Positions 1 through 13,380 are shown, counted from the stretch's first letter. The stretch: DNA of 64,000 nt from Eledone cirrhosa (GCA_964016885.1 CAXHJY010000269.1:1-64000); one strand, 5' to 3'. The notes: generated from the letters alone by a model not told the origin. Numbers and translations: made by a program.

Positions 1-635
1 ACCATTATCCTTCTCTTCTCTACTTTCGCCCGACCACACCTTGAATATTGTTGTCCACTGTGGTCTCCCCACACGAAACAAAGTATCATGAAACTTGAAG
101 CTCCTCAAAGGGCAATCACGAAAAAGATAGATGGCATGTCAGACCTTGACTACTGGGGTCGATTGGAAAACCTGAAACTTTACTCACTCCAACGTCGCCG
201 TGAGCGTTATATTATCTGCATGATGTGGAAAATGTTCCATCATCACTGCCCAAATGATGTTGGCATCGCCTTCAAGATACACCCAAGGCTTGGGCCCCGT
301 GCTATCCGTCCCATTCAAAAATCTAAATCGCAACTCATAACAACAATACGGCACAATTATTTCACCTCAATCGGCCCTGCTCTCTTCAACATTACACCAG
401 GACACGTCAAAACAGAAACTGACCACTCAAAATTCAAGAAGTCTTTGGACAAATTCCTCCAAGTAATCCCGGACAAACCACCCACACCCGGATATGTCTC
501 CGCAAACAGTAATTCTCTTCTCGAATGGGCCATGGTGCCCAAATCCTGAATTGAAAGACTTCGCCAGGTGGTGCTATTAAGTTAGACATGGCCTGGGCCA
601 ATACTGGCCAAAACATTTCAAAGTTATTCAAAGTT
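1..635 (+). mobile_element. 3' end of a CR1-like non-LTR retrotransposon (RT C-terminus, ORF 88-549, plus 3' UTR)
   Basis: Reads ARPHLEYCCPLWSPH...YWGRLENLKLYSLQRRRERY, typical of the post-RT region of CR1-group LINEs. Ends in a TA microsatellite. Confidence 0.85.
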
Positions 636-721
636 ATATACATATATATATATATACATATATATACATATATATATATACATATATATATATATAGATA
701 CATATATATACATATATATAC

Positions 722-755
<34 letters not shown>

Positions 756-800
756 GTACATACGCGCGCACACAAACATACACACACGTATATATATATA
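636..800. repeat. (TA)n/(TACA)n microsatellite (one of dozens in the window)
   Basis: Direct inspection. Confidence 0.95.
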
Positions 801-919
801 CTTCACACAAAGTAAAACATTTCGTTTGAATCATTTTTTAACCCAGAAAAGAGAGAGAGAGAAATAAAAAAGGAAAAGAAATATATTTTTCTTTCTAATA
901 ATAGTCTCTTTCTCCCTGT

Positions 920-969
<50 letters not shown>

Positions 970-970
<1 letters not shown>

Positions 971-2270
971 GGCTTTCCCGTCAATCTACTAACGAGCATA
1001 TTTTCCACGACCATTCCACATATTACAATGAAGTTCTTGCTCGGAGTGGATTAGTCGTTACGGAAGCATATACAGAGTACGAGAATAGACCTAGAAGAAA
1101 TAGATCCCGACGCATTATATGGTATAACCCACCATATAATATGGAGGTGGCCACACCATTAGCTAAGGTCTTTCTCTCCCTTATTACGAAGCATTTTACC
1201 CCTACACATAAATATAGTAACATTTTTAATAGAAATACTATTAAAATGTCTTACTCTACGACTCCTACTCTTGCACATAACATCACAGCCTCAAATTTAG
1301 CTAAACTACCAAGCCGTGCAACCCTGTAGTTAGTACTAACTGTAATTGTAGGAATCGGGTTGACTGCCCCCTATCCGGGAAATGCCTCTCTAGTAACATT
1401 GTCTACAAATGTAAGGTTGAAACAACCACGTCCCGTAGGGCCTACATAGGGTTAACCACCAATAGATTCAAGCAGCGTCTTTTCATGCATGCCCATTCTT
1501 TTCGTTACCCTCTAAGAAGGAATATGACGTCACTTTCAGCTTATATCTGGAGTCTAAAAAAACAACCACACCCAATATAAATTACACTGGGAGAGCTTAG
1601 CTAGGTCTAGATCTTAAACGGAATAAAAGACCATGTGACCTCTGAGGTCCTGGAAATAGACTACGCCACAGACCACATCTTAAACAAAAAATCTGAGGCA
1701 ATTTCGGCATCTAAACATAAAAGGCACAAAACTTTCCTCTATTACAGCCCCACATTATACCCTAACGGATAGTACGATCTATACGCGGATAGTTTACGTC
1801 TGTATGTTGTAGCTAAGTATATAATACCTGTATGTTTTGTGAAGGTACGTATACTTTCTCGTTCGTATATTTGATTGTATATGTTATGGCGTATATTTTA
1901 TATATTCTGGTACATATGCTTTTGGTTATGTGTATACGTGAGTTTCCGTCTGTGTGAGTATGCGGGTTCGTACGTATGTAGGGTTTGTGTATATGTGTAC
2001 TTCGTGTTTTGGTTGACGTGGTCTCCGAACATATATGTATTTACATGTAGGTATGTGTGTGTGCTTATCGCATACGTATTTATTTATTTATATACGTTTA
2101 TTTAATTATTTGTATACACGCACACACACACACATATATTTATATGTGCGTGTATTTGTATACCTATGGCGAGTGTTTTCGCGTATGACTGTGTATGTAC
2201 GTATATGGATGCGTGTATGTATTTATTTAATTTCAATTACCTCTGTATTTTATTTACTTTATTCTTAACT
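970..2270 (+). mobile_element. 5'-truncated, decayed Penelope-like element (C-terminal GIY-YIG endonuclease plus 3' region)
   Basis: Frameshifted reading IWYNPPYN...IFNRNTIKMSYST, then CNCRNRVDCPLSGKCLSSNIVYKC...AYIGLTTNRFKQR (Cys-rich linker plus GIY-YIG). Confidence 0.8.
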
Positions 2271-2302
2271 CTGAAGTCGAGAAACATTCGGTTTCCTAGT
2301 TA

Positions 2303-2575
2303 GAATTTTAGTCTACGACTTCAAATATACCATTTACGTGGTTTTGTCTTTGCGTGCATTTGTTCTCTAGGTTCCACATATGACGTATTATCTTCGTTTT
2401 TTTCCGTTCAATGCCAGAGAACGTCTCTATACACCAACTAATAGAATATTAGTCTACGATTTCTCTTATAGCATAAACGCGGTTTTGTCTTTGCGTGTAA
2501 TTGGTTTTCACCGCTCCAAATAATGACGAATTATATTCGTTTTTTCCCCTTCTTTGACAGGGAACGTTTCAACGA
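2303..2575. repeat. Diverged ~140-bp tandem duplication
   Basis: agtctacga...ggttttgtctttgcgtg...tgacg.atta...ttcgttttttcc...gaacgt occurs twice, starting at ~2303 and ~2443. Confidence 0.7.
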
Positions 2576-2699
2576 ACCAAAGAATGGTCTTCCTGTCTTC
2601 CTCTGGTTGCAACGTTTTTTTAAATATTCACTTCTGCGTTCACAGATTGACTGTGTTATTTTCAGAAGATGTCGGTGTTTTTGCATTGAACTAGGTGTT

Positions 2700-4960
2700 T
2701 CTTAAATGAGGAAGCGTTAGTATTGAGGTGTTCTTTTATTCTTATGTGGAGTGGTCTGGTGGTGCTACCTACGTAGATGTTGCTGCATTTGTCGCACTCT
2801 AGTCTGTATACGATGTAAGCCTGGTGGCATAGGTCTGTGTCGTTGATGGGACAGTTGGCTAGCCTGCAACCGTTGTCATGCCTGGTGGAGTGCCTGTTGG
2901 TTAGCTGTCCGCGTAGAGAAGGACCTGAGTGGGCCAGTTGGATATCTAGTCCCTCTCGTCTGATAGCTCTGCGGATGGCTGTTGTTGTTTCGTTACTGAA
3001 GTGTGGGAGCTTCAGGAAGCAAGTGTTAGTGCCTCGGGTGTGGTGTCCTCTGTTCTTTCAATCACGGTTTGTGGTGGATGTCGTGTATCCGTTCAGTTTG
3101 AGTACTTCCAGGAAATGTGTGGTGTGTGTATCTCAGTCTCTAGCGTCGGTGCATTTGTTCCGGATACGTGTTTGTTCGTTCCTTATGTATCCGAACTCAG
3201 CGCTGGCTGGGAGGGCCGATCTGAAATGTACGAACAGGTCCCTGCTGGCGGCTTTTTTTATAGAAGCAAGTGTGGATGTTGCCTTCCTCTGTTTCGCTGT
3301 GTTGGAATTCCAGTAGGGATAGGGATCCGCGGTCATCGGGGTGTTCCATGCTGAACTTTATACTGGCGGCCATGCTGGAGAATGTTGTGTATATTTTATC
3401 CGCCTCCTCACGGGATGATGTGAGGATGAGTATGTCATCTACATATCGAGTGAAGAAGGTATGGGAATAGCAGGTGTTAAGGGCTCGGCATTCTAGCTGG
3501 TTCATATAGGTGATGGCCAGCAGGCCCGATAGGCTGGATCCCATGGGTAATCCTGTTGTCTGTCTGTATGTGTGGTGGTGGAAGGTGAAGTACGCGTTAT
3601 CCACTGTGAAGGACAAAAGCTGGTGTATGTCCGTCGGAAGGAGGCCGTAGCAGTGGATGTCATCTGCAACCACGCAGTCCGTCAATAAATCGACAGCTCG
3701 ATGAGCGGGGACTGTAGTGTAGAGGGAGACAACGTCGAGGCTAAAAGCGTATCTATTTAGTTTAAGTTGTTCTGGCTGGAGTTGGTGTAGTCTACGTATG
3801 ACTTCGTCGGAGATACTGACATGCCCGGGAAAGGTGGAGAGCAGAGGCTTAGAGGACCTGGGAGAGGAACCAGGAAATGTTGTATAGGGGTCCTTATATG
3901 CTAGAAACGATGGGTCTTATTTGTGTTTTAGTACTATTCTTGTGGGTCTTGATGAGATGGTAGAAAGTGGGCAGTCTGCTATTTCCAATGGTGTAGTTGA
4001 GTTTAACTTTATTTGGAAGTTGTCTTCTATTACAGATGTCGAACCAGATGGAGTTGGTCTGTTTTTCGATCTGGGCTGCAATATACTCCGGGATCTCTGT
4101 ATATAGTTCATTGTCGCTTAGATGTTCAAAGGCTAGGTTGTTGTATGTGGCTTGAGAGATGAGGCAAAACTGCTTACCTTTGTCGGATGGTAAGTATATA
4201 AGTTCCCTATTCCGTAGGTTCTTCAGGGCGAGGTTTGGGGCTATCTACTTCTGTTTCCGTAAGATGTTAAATACGGAATATTTTAGCCTCAAGAGTTTTT
4301 CTTCAAGCTCGCGGTTGGCAGGCGGTGGACAGAGTGGGCGATCCAGTTGGTATATCGGGAATCTGGGTTTGTTAGGTTCCGTGGTGTTGTTGCCGAGAGT
4401 CGATATCCATTTTAGTAAGGTAGGCAGCCCGACAGAAATTCGTTCTATGTCGAGCCATAATTTGTCGTCAAGTCTCTGTTTCAATATGAACTTGGGACCC
4501 AGGCTGATGAGGTCTAATTCCTCTCGGGAGAGGGATCCTGTCAATCTGTGACGAGGTGTTTTGCGTCAGGTGTGTTGTTGGTCGGGGCGCCGCTAGGTTC
4601 GGTGTTGGTACAGTCTTGTTCGTCTCTGTTGGTGCTTATAGTTGGGATGTTGTTAAAACGTTTAGCCGTGATGAGTTTGAGAACTGTTTCCGTTAGGGGT
4701 ATTTTCTCGTAGTCTTGGTGATGGTGGTATGACCTGTCTATAGCAGCGGAGATAACTCTGGACAGAGGTTCTGGGGTTTCAGCGAGTTGTGGTACAAGGC
4801 TGGAAATAGTCAGAATGTGTTGTTGTAACGTGCGGTGTAGGTGTTGTATGAGTTTTCTTAGGCAGAATTTTTGTATGTAGCTAAGTGAACGTTTGAGGCC
4901 TGGTGATTTGAAGCATGTTGGTAGGTGCAATGTTTTGATAGTTTTGGGGATGGTGTTGTT
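2700..4960 (-). mobile_element. Decayed Penelope-like element (RT plus GIY-YIG)
   Basis: ORF 3197-3685(-) has YRQTTGLPMGSSLSGLLAITYM...TRYVDDIL. Upstream is SLDVVSLYTTVP, and LGPKF occurs in ORF 4245-4544. Confidence 0.85.
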
Positions 4961-4988
4961 ATTCAGACATCGTTTTAGGAAGTTTATT

Positions 4989-5265
4989 TGTAGATGACAT
5001 AGTCATCCTTACATCATCCCGTGAGGAGGCGGATAAAATATACACAACATTCTCCAGCATGGACGCAAGTATAAAGTTCAGCATGGAATACCCCGATAAC
5101 CGCGGACCCCTATCCCTATTGGACTTCCAACTCAGGTTAACAGAGGAAGGCAACATCCACACTTGCTTCTATAAAAAAGCCGCCAACAGGGACCCGTTCG
5201 TACATTTCAGATCGGCCCTCCCAGCCAGCGCTAAGTTCGGATACATAAGGAACGAACTAACACGA
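4989..5265 (+). mobile_element. Inverted duplicate of the PLE RT segment ~3175-3442
   Basis: Reverse-complement match to the adjacent element (VDDIVILTSSREEADKIYTTFSSM...FVHFRSALPASAKFGYIRNE). Confidence 0.85.
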
Positions 5266-5379
5266 CATCTTTTAGGAATAGAGAGCTGTAAAGGGAAATA
5301 AAATTATGAAGTTTTCGGTAGCAAAATACTAATTATAGGTTAACTAAATTTAAAAAAACAATTATAATAATATGTAAAA

Positions 5380-6830
5380 TATTAATTAGGTTTATAATAT
5401 TTGAAGTTTCTTCTAATTCTATGATTGCAAGATATAATTAATTCCTGTCGCTTATTTAATAGGATATCCTTAGATTTCATGATTTCAAAAAGTTCCTGGG
5501 AGCATAACCTACACTCGTATCTGCTATTTTGATAAGGGGTGGCCCTTTTGAGCACGCGCCATGTCAGGTTGTAAATGATATTCTTCTTTCTATAATTATT
5601 AGTTGTTTCAGCCAAGGATGTTTTATTAGCTAATGCGGCATTTTAAAAACTGTTTGTGGGTATTAAATCTTACTTTAAATTGGTTAGACGTAGCTCCTAT
5701 ATATGAATAACTGGTGTCCTTAGTGCTAATTTTACATTTATAGACTATGTTATTAATAAGACAATTTCCCTTTAATGGGCAATCTCTTTTGATTATACAG
5801 TTACAACCATTCATGAATATTATATCAGGGGAGTTAGTCAATTCTGGTGTGGAATTTACTCGACTTGTTATAGGTGAAGGAGATGATTGTTTGTTACGGT
5901 TTATTTTATTATTATTGTTGGTTTAATGTATTGGTGGTATACTTGTTGGTTTTTTACACTTATATGAGTTGTACGCACTTAAATTCTGTGGTATATTTCT
6001 GGTAGTGGAGTAGGAAAATGTGAGTGTTGATCTATTTAAAATTTGATGGTATTTATGGTTTGGTGGGAAGTTTTCTCTAGGATAGCAAATACTTTTTTAA
6101 GGGATATTGTCTTTAATTTGTAGATTAAATGGAGCATTATACTAAGTAAACGTCTATTACGGTTTCGATGTTGTTTTTTTATATTTATACGTTGTATCAG
6201 GATGTTTACTAAGATAGTTACTATTAGTTGCTATATTATATATAGGTTTAGTTAGATTTACTGATTTAGGTGTTTTAGTCTGATTACTAGCACATTTGTT
6301 AGTAATATTATTAACATATATTGGAGTATTACGATGAATGGATTTTTGAAAGTCATTATAATTTATGTGAGAAGAGGTAGAGACATTAAGTTTTAGGTTG
6401 GTATTTTTAGGTGTAGTATGAGTGATATTTAGGTATGGGTTTTTCATTTGGTGTTTGTTGGTAATATTGGGTTGTATGTTTGAAGTATTATTGGTGCAAG
6501 GTATATAGACTAATTTGTTTTTGTGGCCGCTTCTAGCTAAAGCTTCATTATAAAAGGGCGCGTTTTTATCGAATACATCCTGGTTAGATGAAAGGTTAGA
6601 GATTCTAAGTGAGACGTTATGTGCTAGGTTTTTAAGGATAGATCTAGGGTGATTGGATTGTGAGTGTATGTAATGTAAGTTTTGGTTAGGTTTATGGTAA
6701 GGTTGGTAGATACCCGTAGATAAGTCTAAAGTTATATCTAGGAAATTGACTATTTTACTGGTGTTTTCAAATGTAATAGTGAGATTCTAATAGTCTTCGA
6801 GGAAAGTTCTAATAATTTTTTTTTATTTCT
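5380..6830 (-). mobile_element. Decayed Penelope-like element (RT C-terminus, Cys-linker, GIY-YIG)
   Basis: GCNCIIKRDCPLKGNCLINNIVYKC...SYIGATSNQFKVRFNTH and CRLCSQELFEIM...LLNKRQELIISCNH. VNFLDITLDL lies at ~6720-6750. Confidence 0.8.
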
Positions 6831-7143
6831 TTCAATTTCTGATAGGCTGAGATTAGAGGAAAGAGAAAGACAGTCATCACGATATAAACCACCTTTAAGG
6901 TGGGGAAAATATGAATTAATGTTAAATAGAAGAATAGCTTCTTGGCTTGACCACTTTTCATCCCCAAAGTATTATTTACATTCAAAACATAAGTATGCAC
7001 TCCTCTACCCCTAAATTAAGTTTCTACTACTGCTATTCTATCAACTGGACCTCTAACTACTTTTCTATTGGTCAATTCAAAACCTGTTCCCAAACAGACC
7101 TGTTATATTAAATCTTTGTTGGTTTTTTTTCAATAAACACATC

Positions 7144-7279
7144 TCATCATTTCTGAGGACGGCATGTATATGTGAAGGTATGTATATTTCCTTTGATAAT
7201 TTGTAATGTTTTTACATAGATCTATATGATATACATACCAACACACATATACATCCCAGGAACGATCGTATAATGATGA
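7144..7279 (+). ncRNA. Type-I hammerhead-ribozyme-like motif with long stem II and degenerate GAAA box
   Basis: Stem I tcatcatt/aatgatga; CTGAGGA 7153-7159; long stem II (atgtatatgtg..ggtatgtatat / atatacatacc..cacatatacat); GGAA-C-GATC-G-TA with palindromic stem III. Confidence 0.55.
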
Positions 7280-7365
7280 ATTTTTTAATATAAGGAACTT
7301 GTTCTTTGTTTTTATTTCATTGTTTTTAATAATTTATATTTATATATACATTTATATACATATGT

Positions 7366-7439
<74 letters not shown>

Positions 7440-7440
7440 T

Positions 7441-9630
7441 AGTTTTGCGAGGTTTTTGATATGAAATCGTGTATCGAAACAAATATTGTTATATTGGGGA
7501 GGGTCATACTTGTGTAATATTGCCAGAATTAATAACAGAAAACACTCACTGTTTAGTTAGTTTGCGCTTTTCGCTTCTGTGTCTTTTATATCGGTTAATA
7601 TAATTTATTCGGTCTCCAATATGGCCATTGACTGACCAACGGTCAAAAATACAGATTCAATATAGACACAAACACATATATATAGTTTATCAAAGTTCTT
7701 TCGTTGCACATCTGCAATATCGTCAGTGGTGCTATTGTTTCCTCCCGTTGCATTGTATTTTCTACGCCATCTTTATTTAGTCTGTTTATATATTTATTTA
7801 TTTGTTTATTTTTTTCGTCTTCTATGCGCATGCGTTTGCGTGTGTGTATAGTGTTTTGTTTGATGTGTGTTCGTGACTGTGTGAATTGGTATTGGTTAAT
7901 GTATTCTATCTTTACTAGTGTGTGTTTATATGTGTTTGTTGTTATTGTGCTTGTGTATGTATTTATTTATTTATCTATTTATTTATTTATTTATACTTCT
8001 CTTAGGTCAGTGTTGTTTGTTAGGGTGTTGTTGTTATTCCATTCATTTTTTCTGTTTAGCCTTGGCCTTCTAAGTTCTATTTCACTGGCCTCTCTGATTT
8101 GCCTATCTGATGGGTCATTTCTATGTTTAGATATTATTCTAATTTCTATGTTGTCTATGTTACCGTCGTGTTGTTGTCTGGTATGCTCGTATTGTACTCT
8201 AACCGTTTTTTCGTCCTTTTAGTTCCCCCTAGTGTTGGTCTATCCTTTCACCTAGTTTGCGAGCTGTCTCGCCTATGTATGTTGTTGTCATGTTACTGCA
8301 AGTACCCTCTGTACATCTTATGCTATAGACTACGTTTCTAGTTTTACCGTTTATCCGGGGGTTTACCTCACATATGATACCTTTCCTATTAGTACAGTAT
8401 GTTTTCTTAAAAGGGTAGGTTTTGCTGATCAGGGATTTTATGGTGGTTCCTGGCTTTTCTACCACCTTAATCTTTAAGTGGGTCTTTCTCAGGGCATTTC
8501 TACACTGGTTTGCTAATTACCCTCCAGGGGTAGCGTCCACATACATGACACTCATGTATCTCTGGTTGTCGTACCATGAGGTGGCTTTCCCTATCTTATG
8601 TCTAGCCCTATCTAAGCTATTCCATGATTTGCTCCTGTATAATGGGCAAATTCCTTTCATGTCCAGTTCTATGAGGGTCTTATTCTTCTCCATGTCTCCT
8701 TCGTATACTCTGATTCTGACTCTTTGGTTGTAGCCAGAGAATTGCATGCGGTTGATGAAGTATTGTATGTGTCTTTCCATTTCTGTTGGGTCGCACATGC
8801 GGGACACGTTCTTCATCACTCGTACCAAGTCTGCGATCAGAACATTAAACTTAGCACTACTGGACATTGCTGAGTTTTTGAGTATCAGGTATTTCGAGGC
8901 CATGGGTTTAGCATAGCGTGAGTGGAGAATTTGGGCTCTCTCGTCTATAGTGTTAATCCAGAGTTCCGTGTCTAATACAGGTAGTCTATTGTTAGGGTGT
9001 TTGGAAGGGTAGTCGATAGTTACAGTTATACTCTGGTGTATGGAATTAGCTATCTGCTGGATGCTTTCCATTGTGCTACGTTCTAAATTAAACTTGTTAG
9101 TGCTCTCTTGTGGCGATGTTCTGATAACTATATTGATATCGTCTACGTAATGAGAGTACATGATGAGGTCTATGGAGCTCTCATTAAGGAGATCATTAAG
9201 TCTGTTTCCCACCATACCATAAAAAGGTTGGCAACGTCACAAGCTATGCTGACGCCAAAGGCTGCTCCTTCATTTCGGGTGTAGATATTCTCGTTGAACT
9301 TGAATATGTGGCCCCTTAGGGTAGTTTTGATACTAGCCCCTATTGCATGTGCTACCATTTTTCTTACCTGATCATTGTTTTGGGGGGTCCGTATAGCTTT
9401 GGTCCACCCAATGCACCTTCCCATGGGAGTCTTTTTAGTCATTGAGGTTATGGTGTGGGGTCTATATCTTATGGGTCTACTGGGGCAGAAACGTCTAAGG
9501 TCATGGCTGTCTAGGTAGTCAGTGTCGTAAGTAAGTCTAAGTAGGAGGCCCAGTTCATCTGTGTCGACGTTGCAGAACTCCACCTCACTCTCAATGATAA
9601 TCTCCACACATTTTTCCACAGCAAAATTTT
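7441..9630 (-). mobile_element. Penelope-like element, 5'-truncated (same family as 16330-18993)
   Basis: ORF 8517-9215 has YSHYVDDINI and LPVLDTELW. CIICEVNPRIN-KTRNVVYSIRC-YIGETARKLGERIDQH is the GIY-YIG region. Confidence 0.88.
7690..7732 (-). ncRNA. Minimal hammerhead-like motif in the PLE 3' region
   Basis: Minus strand reads acca-CTGACGA-tattgcagatgtgcaac-GAAA-gaac-TT-tgat. The homologous motif is at 18701-18742(+). Confidence 0.45.
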
Positions 9631-9633
9631 GCT

Positions 9634-9692
9634 GTGTTCTGTTATTAATTCTGGCAATATTACACAAATATGACCCTCCCCAAGTATAACAG
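9634..9692 (+). repeat. Inverted copy of the PLE 3' tail at its 5' truncation point
   Basis: ctgttattaattctggcaatattacacaaatatgaccctccccaa is the reverse complement of ~7494-7538. Confidence 0.85.
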
Positions 9693-9722
9693 TATATATA
9701 CATATATACATACATATATATG

Positions 9723-9805
<83 letters not shown>

Positions 9806-9807
<2 letters not shown>

Positions 9808-11995
9808 CTCTTATACTCTTTTACCTGTTCCAGCCATCCGATTGAGGCCATGCTGGGGCACCGCTCTTGTTGCTACACATTTTATCTCCAGCCTGTATTG
9901 GTTGGCCACTGCTGCAAGAGCGAGTTTGTTACCGCTGCCCTTAGGTTTCTCTCGTGTCTTGCTGTGGGCTCAGCCGAGATCCTGGATAACAAGGTGTCGA
10001 GTTGTTTCTTGAAGATATCCAACTCCACACCATGCAGATCTCTGATCCCTCAGCAGCTTGTTGAAGAGTAGAGGTCCCTTGAACCCCAGGCTACTGCTAT
10101 AACTGCTCCTTGTTCTAGATGTGGAAGACGGGACCTTTGGCACCACATAGTACCGTCCTGTTCGACGGTTGGTCCAGCTCCCAATGCCAAAGTTTGGTGC
10201 TAGTCCCTCCAGGATTTTGTACATGTTGATCAGTGCGTATCTCTCCCGTCTTCGTTCCAAGGAGTAGAGGTTCAGTTCTTTTAGCCTCTCCCAGTAAATT
10301 ATCTCCTTCATCGAGGCAATCCTCTTGGTTTAGCTTCGCTGGATTGCCTCAAGCTCCGTGGTTAGTTAGACACTATGGGGTGACCACAACTGGGAACAAT
10401 CATCCAGGCGGCTTAGGAAAATTGGCCGGCATAGTGTCAACATGGTGCCTCGGTCTCTTGTCCGGAAATCCTCAAGATCCAGCCAGCTAGTCGTCTGCAC
10501 ATTGTCGCCACTTTCATGATGCGTGAGGAACAAAATGCATCATCGCTCATGTCTATGCCCAGGTTTTGTATCGATTTTGACACGGGGATATCGGTCCCTC
10601 CTGGTCCTGCGTAACTGTGTTGTACTATATTTGTGTTTGCAGGTTTGTATTGTTGGGCTTGGTATTTGCCAGCATTAAACTGCATGTTGTTGTCTTCCGC
10701 CCATTTGTATATGGCATCCAGATCTGGTTGTAAAAGGGCAACGTCAGCCGGGTTTTTGATTGCATGTGCTGCCTTAGTGTCATCAGCATAGCTAGTGGTG
10801 GATGTTGAGGTATGTACTACAGAAGGCATGTCTGAGACAGCCACAAAAATCTGTAGCGGTCCCATGATTGTGCCTTGGGGCACCACACTTGTTATTGATG
10901 TTTCCTTTGAGAGGGTCCCGTTTGCTACGACTATCTGGCTTCTGTCATTTAAGAAGTCGTGCAGTCACTCACTTACTTTTCCAGTTATGCCGAGTCCGTG
11001 TAGTTTGTGACATATCATTCCGTGAAGTGAGTAGTCTAGCAGTTGTTTCTGTACCCAGTCGTAGTGATGTAGCAGTTGTATAAGGCAGCTTCTTCCTGGG
11101 CGAAAGCCATGCTGAGTGTTAGTCAGACGGTCATTTTCCTCGAGGAAAGTGATCAGTTTCTTTCTGATGACACGCTCCATGAACTTACTGATATACGACG
11201 TCAAGGAGACTGGCCTATAGTTTTTGGCCTCCGCTCTGCTACCTGTTTATGGATAGGGCATAACGTGCCTTCTGTGTTGTGGCATCAAAGAACTACTCTG
11301 GCTTTTTTATTTGCAAGTGCCTCAGTGGAGATGTGAACACACTTTTGTACTGTTCGTTCAGTATTTCACTTATCTCTTCGCGATTAATGAACCGTCTGTA
11401 TGGAAGAGTGGCCCAATCTTGAAGTGTACCGAGGGAGTTTCTTTTGCAGTTTTAAAGAAGACCATAAGGATTGTTTTAAGATTTTCTATGGCTCTGCTTT
11501 CTTTGCCCTCTCATTTTCATGGAAAAGTTTGAGGGCAATCTCGGTGTGAAGTAGTGCACATTTCAAATGATTCCTTCTTGTTTTCGTTTTCTTGTTGTGC
11601 ATTCAACTAGTTTGAGAGCTTGGTTCTTCGTCTCATAAGGATTTTCCTATCTCAGGGAATAAGATGTTTGTGTCTGTTTGCCTTTTTGTCCGCGACAAAC
11701 ATTTTGCATATAGTGTGTATCGTTGTCAAGAAGTTTTAAAATAGTGTGTTGATGTTTTGTGTGGTGGTTTTTTTCGCTCCATATTTGCATCCGAATTTCT
11801 CTCTTGATCTTTTTCCAGTTAGCCTTGTATAAGTTAAGGCTGGATAGCGTCCCGCTGCTTCTTGATGGTTGTGTCTCTGTTGAATCTTTCGGACCACATA
11901 TCATTAGTTCTACTAAGTTATGATCCGAGAAAATTGTTGGTGTCACCTTTACATTGTGGATAGCAATTCGTTGTTGGGAGGAGTACTACTTGTTC
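9806..11995 (-). mobile_element. CR1-like LINE remnant (same family as 20818-22690)
   Basis: [27 protein letters not shown] and YSLERRRERY across frameshifted ORFs. SDHNLV (APE end) is at ~11920. Confidence 0.88.
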
Positions 11996-12000
11996 CATGA

Positions 12001-12048
<48 letters not shown>

Positions 12049-12052
12049 GAAC

Positions 12053-12102
<50 letters not shown>

Positions 12103-12114
12103 ATATAAAAAAGA

Positions 12115-12197
<83 letters not shown>

Positions 12198-12243
12198 CAT
12201 ATATATATATATAAGATCAAAAGATGGTTAAAGGAGTTCCATG

Positions 12244-12314
12244 TATTTTATTATGCGCATTTCAAAAACAAACATCATCATGCAATAATATTTGTGTTTT
12301 CATCAGATAAAACA
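12244..12314 (-). ncRNA. Type-I hammerhead ribozyme within a ~200-bp island (12212-12408) between TA tracts
   Basis: Minus strand reads tgttttat-CTGATGA-aaacacaaata...tgtttgttttt-GAAA-tgcgca-TA|ataaaata. 8-bp stem I, palindromic stem III, predicted cleavage between 12252 and 12251. Confidence 0.8.
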
Positions 12315-12406
12315 GGAGGACATGATATGAAGGCTAAAAAACACTTGTGGATAGTGCAGTTTTAAATCAAGCATTGCTTTATTGTACTACAATAAAACTC
12401 ACCTCC

Positions 12407-12486
<80 letters not shown>

Positions 12487-12501
12487 TATATATATATAAA
12501 C

Positions 12502-12534
<33 letters not shown>

Positions 12535-12579
12535 CATACATATATATATATATATAAATATATATATACACATAAATAC

Positions 12580-12640
<61 letters not shown>

Positions 12641-12787
12641 CATATATATATATATACATACATATATACATACATACACACATACATATATATACATACA
12701 CACATATATATATATATATATACATACATATATATATCTATATATATATACATACATACATATATATATCTATATATATATATATAT

Positions 12788-12830
<43 letters not shown>

Positions 12831-12833
<3 letters not shown>

Positions 12834-13380
12834 GATAGCTGCCCCCGCGTTATCGTGTATGGCCATAGCACGATATACCATTATTAATAATTATAAACAG
12901 GGCGGTGGATTGGCAGTATAGGTAGGGGGTCGGACGCCATGCTTTGCAGCACAGTTACGTCCCTTTGCGGTCTGAGTTCAAATCCCACCGAGGTTAACTT
13001 TCATCCTTACGGGGTCCATAAAATAAAGTACCAGTAATACACTGGCATAATTGGTGACCTTGTGCCAAAAGTAGAAACAATTATTAATAATTATTAATTA
13101 AATTTATCGTGCAATGCCTGTGCATGAAGTTATTTTTTAAAGTGAGGAAAGACTGTTCATCAAGCCAATCCCATTCTCTGAGCGACAGTAGCTATAACCC
13201 GAAAATAAGAGAAGATAAACAGCATCGGTAACTACTGGGTCGCAGGTTTTATATCGGTGTTATCCTAGTTTCCTGAGTTGCCTTCTCCTAGAAAAATGTC
13301 CTGGCAAATGGTAGGGTTCCTTCACTACCAGTGATTTAACCGCGCGATCAGTTGCCCAGTCCGACTATTTCTATGTCCCC
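12831..13380 (-). mobile_element. Diverged RTE-derived non-autonomous element interrupted by a SINE
   Basis: Minus strand has CTAGGAGAAGGCAACTCAG (RTE 5'-UTR-like motif) and an RTE-like 3' end ggccatacacgataacgcgggggcagctatcat followed by TA. Confidence 0.5.
12901..13083 (+). mobile_element. tRNA-derived SINE with Nin-type central domain
   Basis: A-box-like tggcagtataggtagg, B-box gagttcaaatccc, then ctttcatccttacggggtc.ataaaataaagtaccag and an ATT tail. Confidence 0.8.

Noticed and set aside
2261-2322. CTGAAG...GAAAC hairpin as a hammerhead
   Set aside because: The core reads CUGAAGU and no consistent three-stem fold could be drawn.
2555-2600. Minus-strand gacagg-aaga...GAAACGTT-ccctgtc hammerhead remnant
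   Set aside because: The CUGA box is missing, so it is too degenerate to call.
12901-12990. tRNA gene
   Set aside because: The A/B boxes belong to the multicopy SINE head and there is no full cloverleaf.
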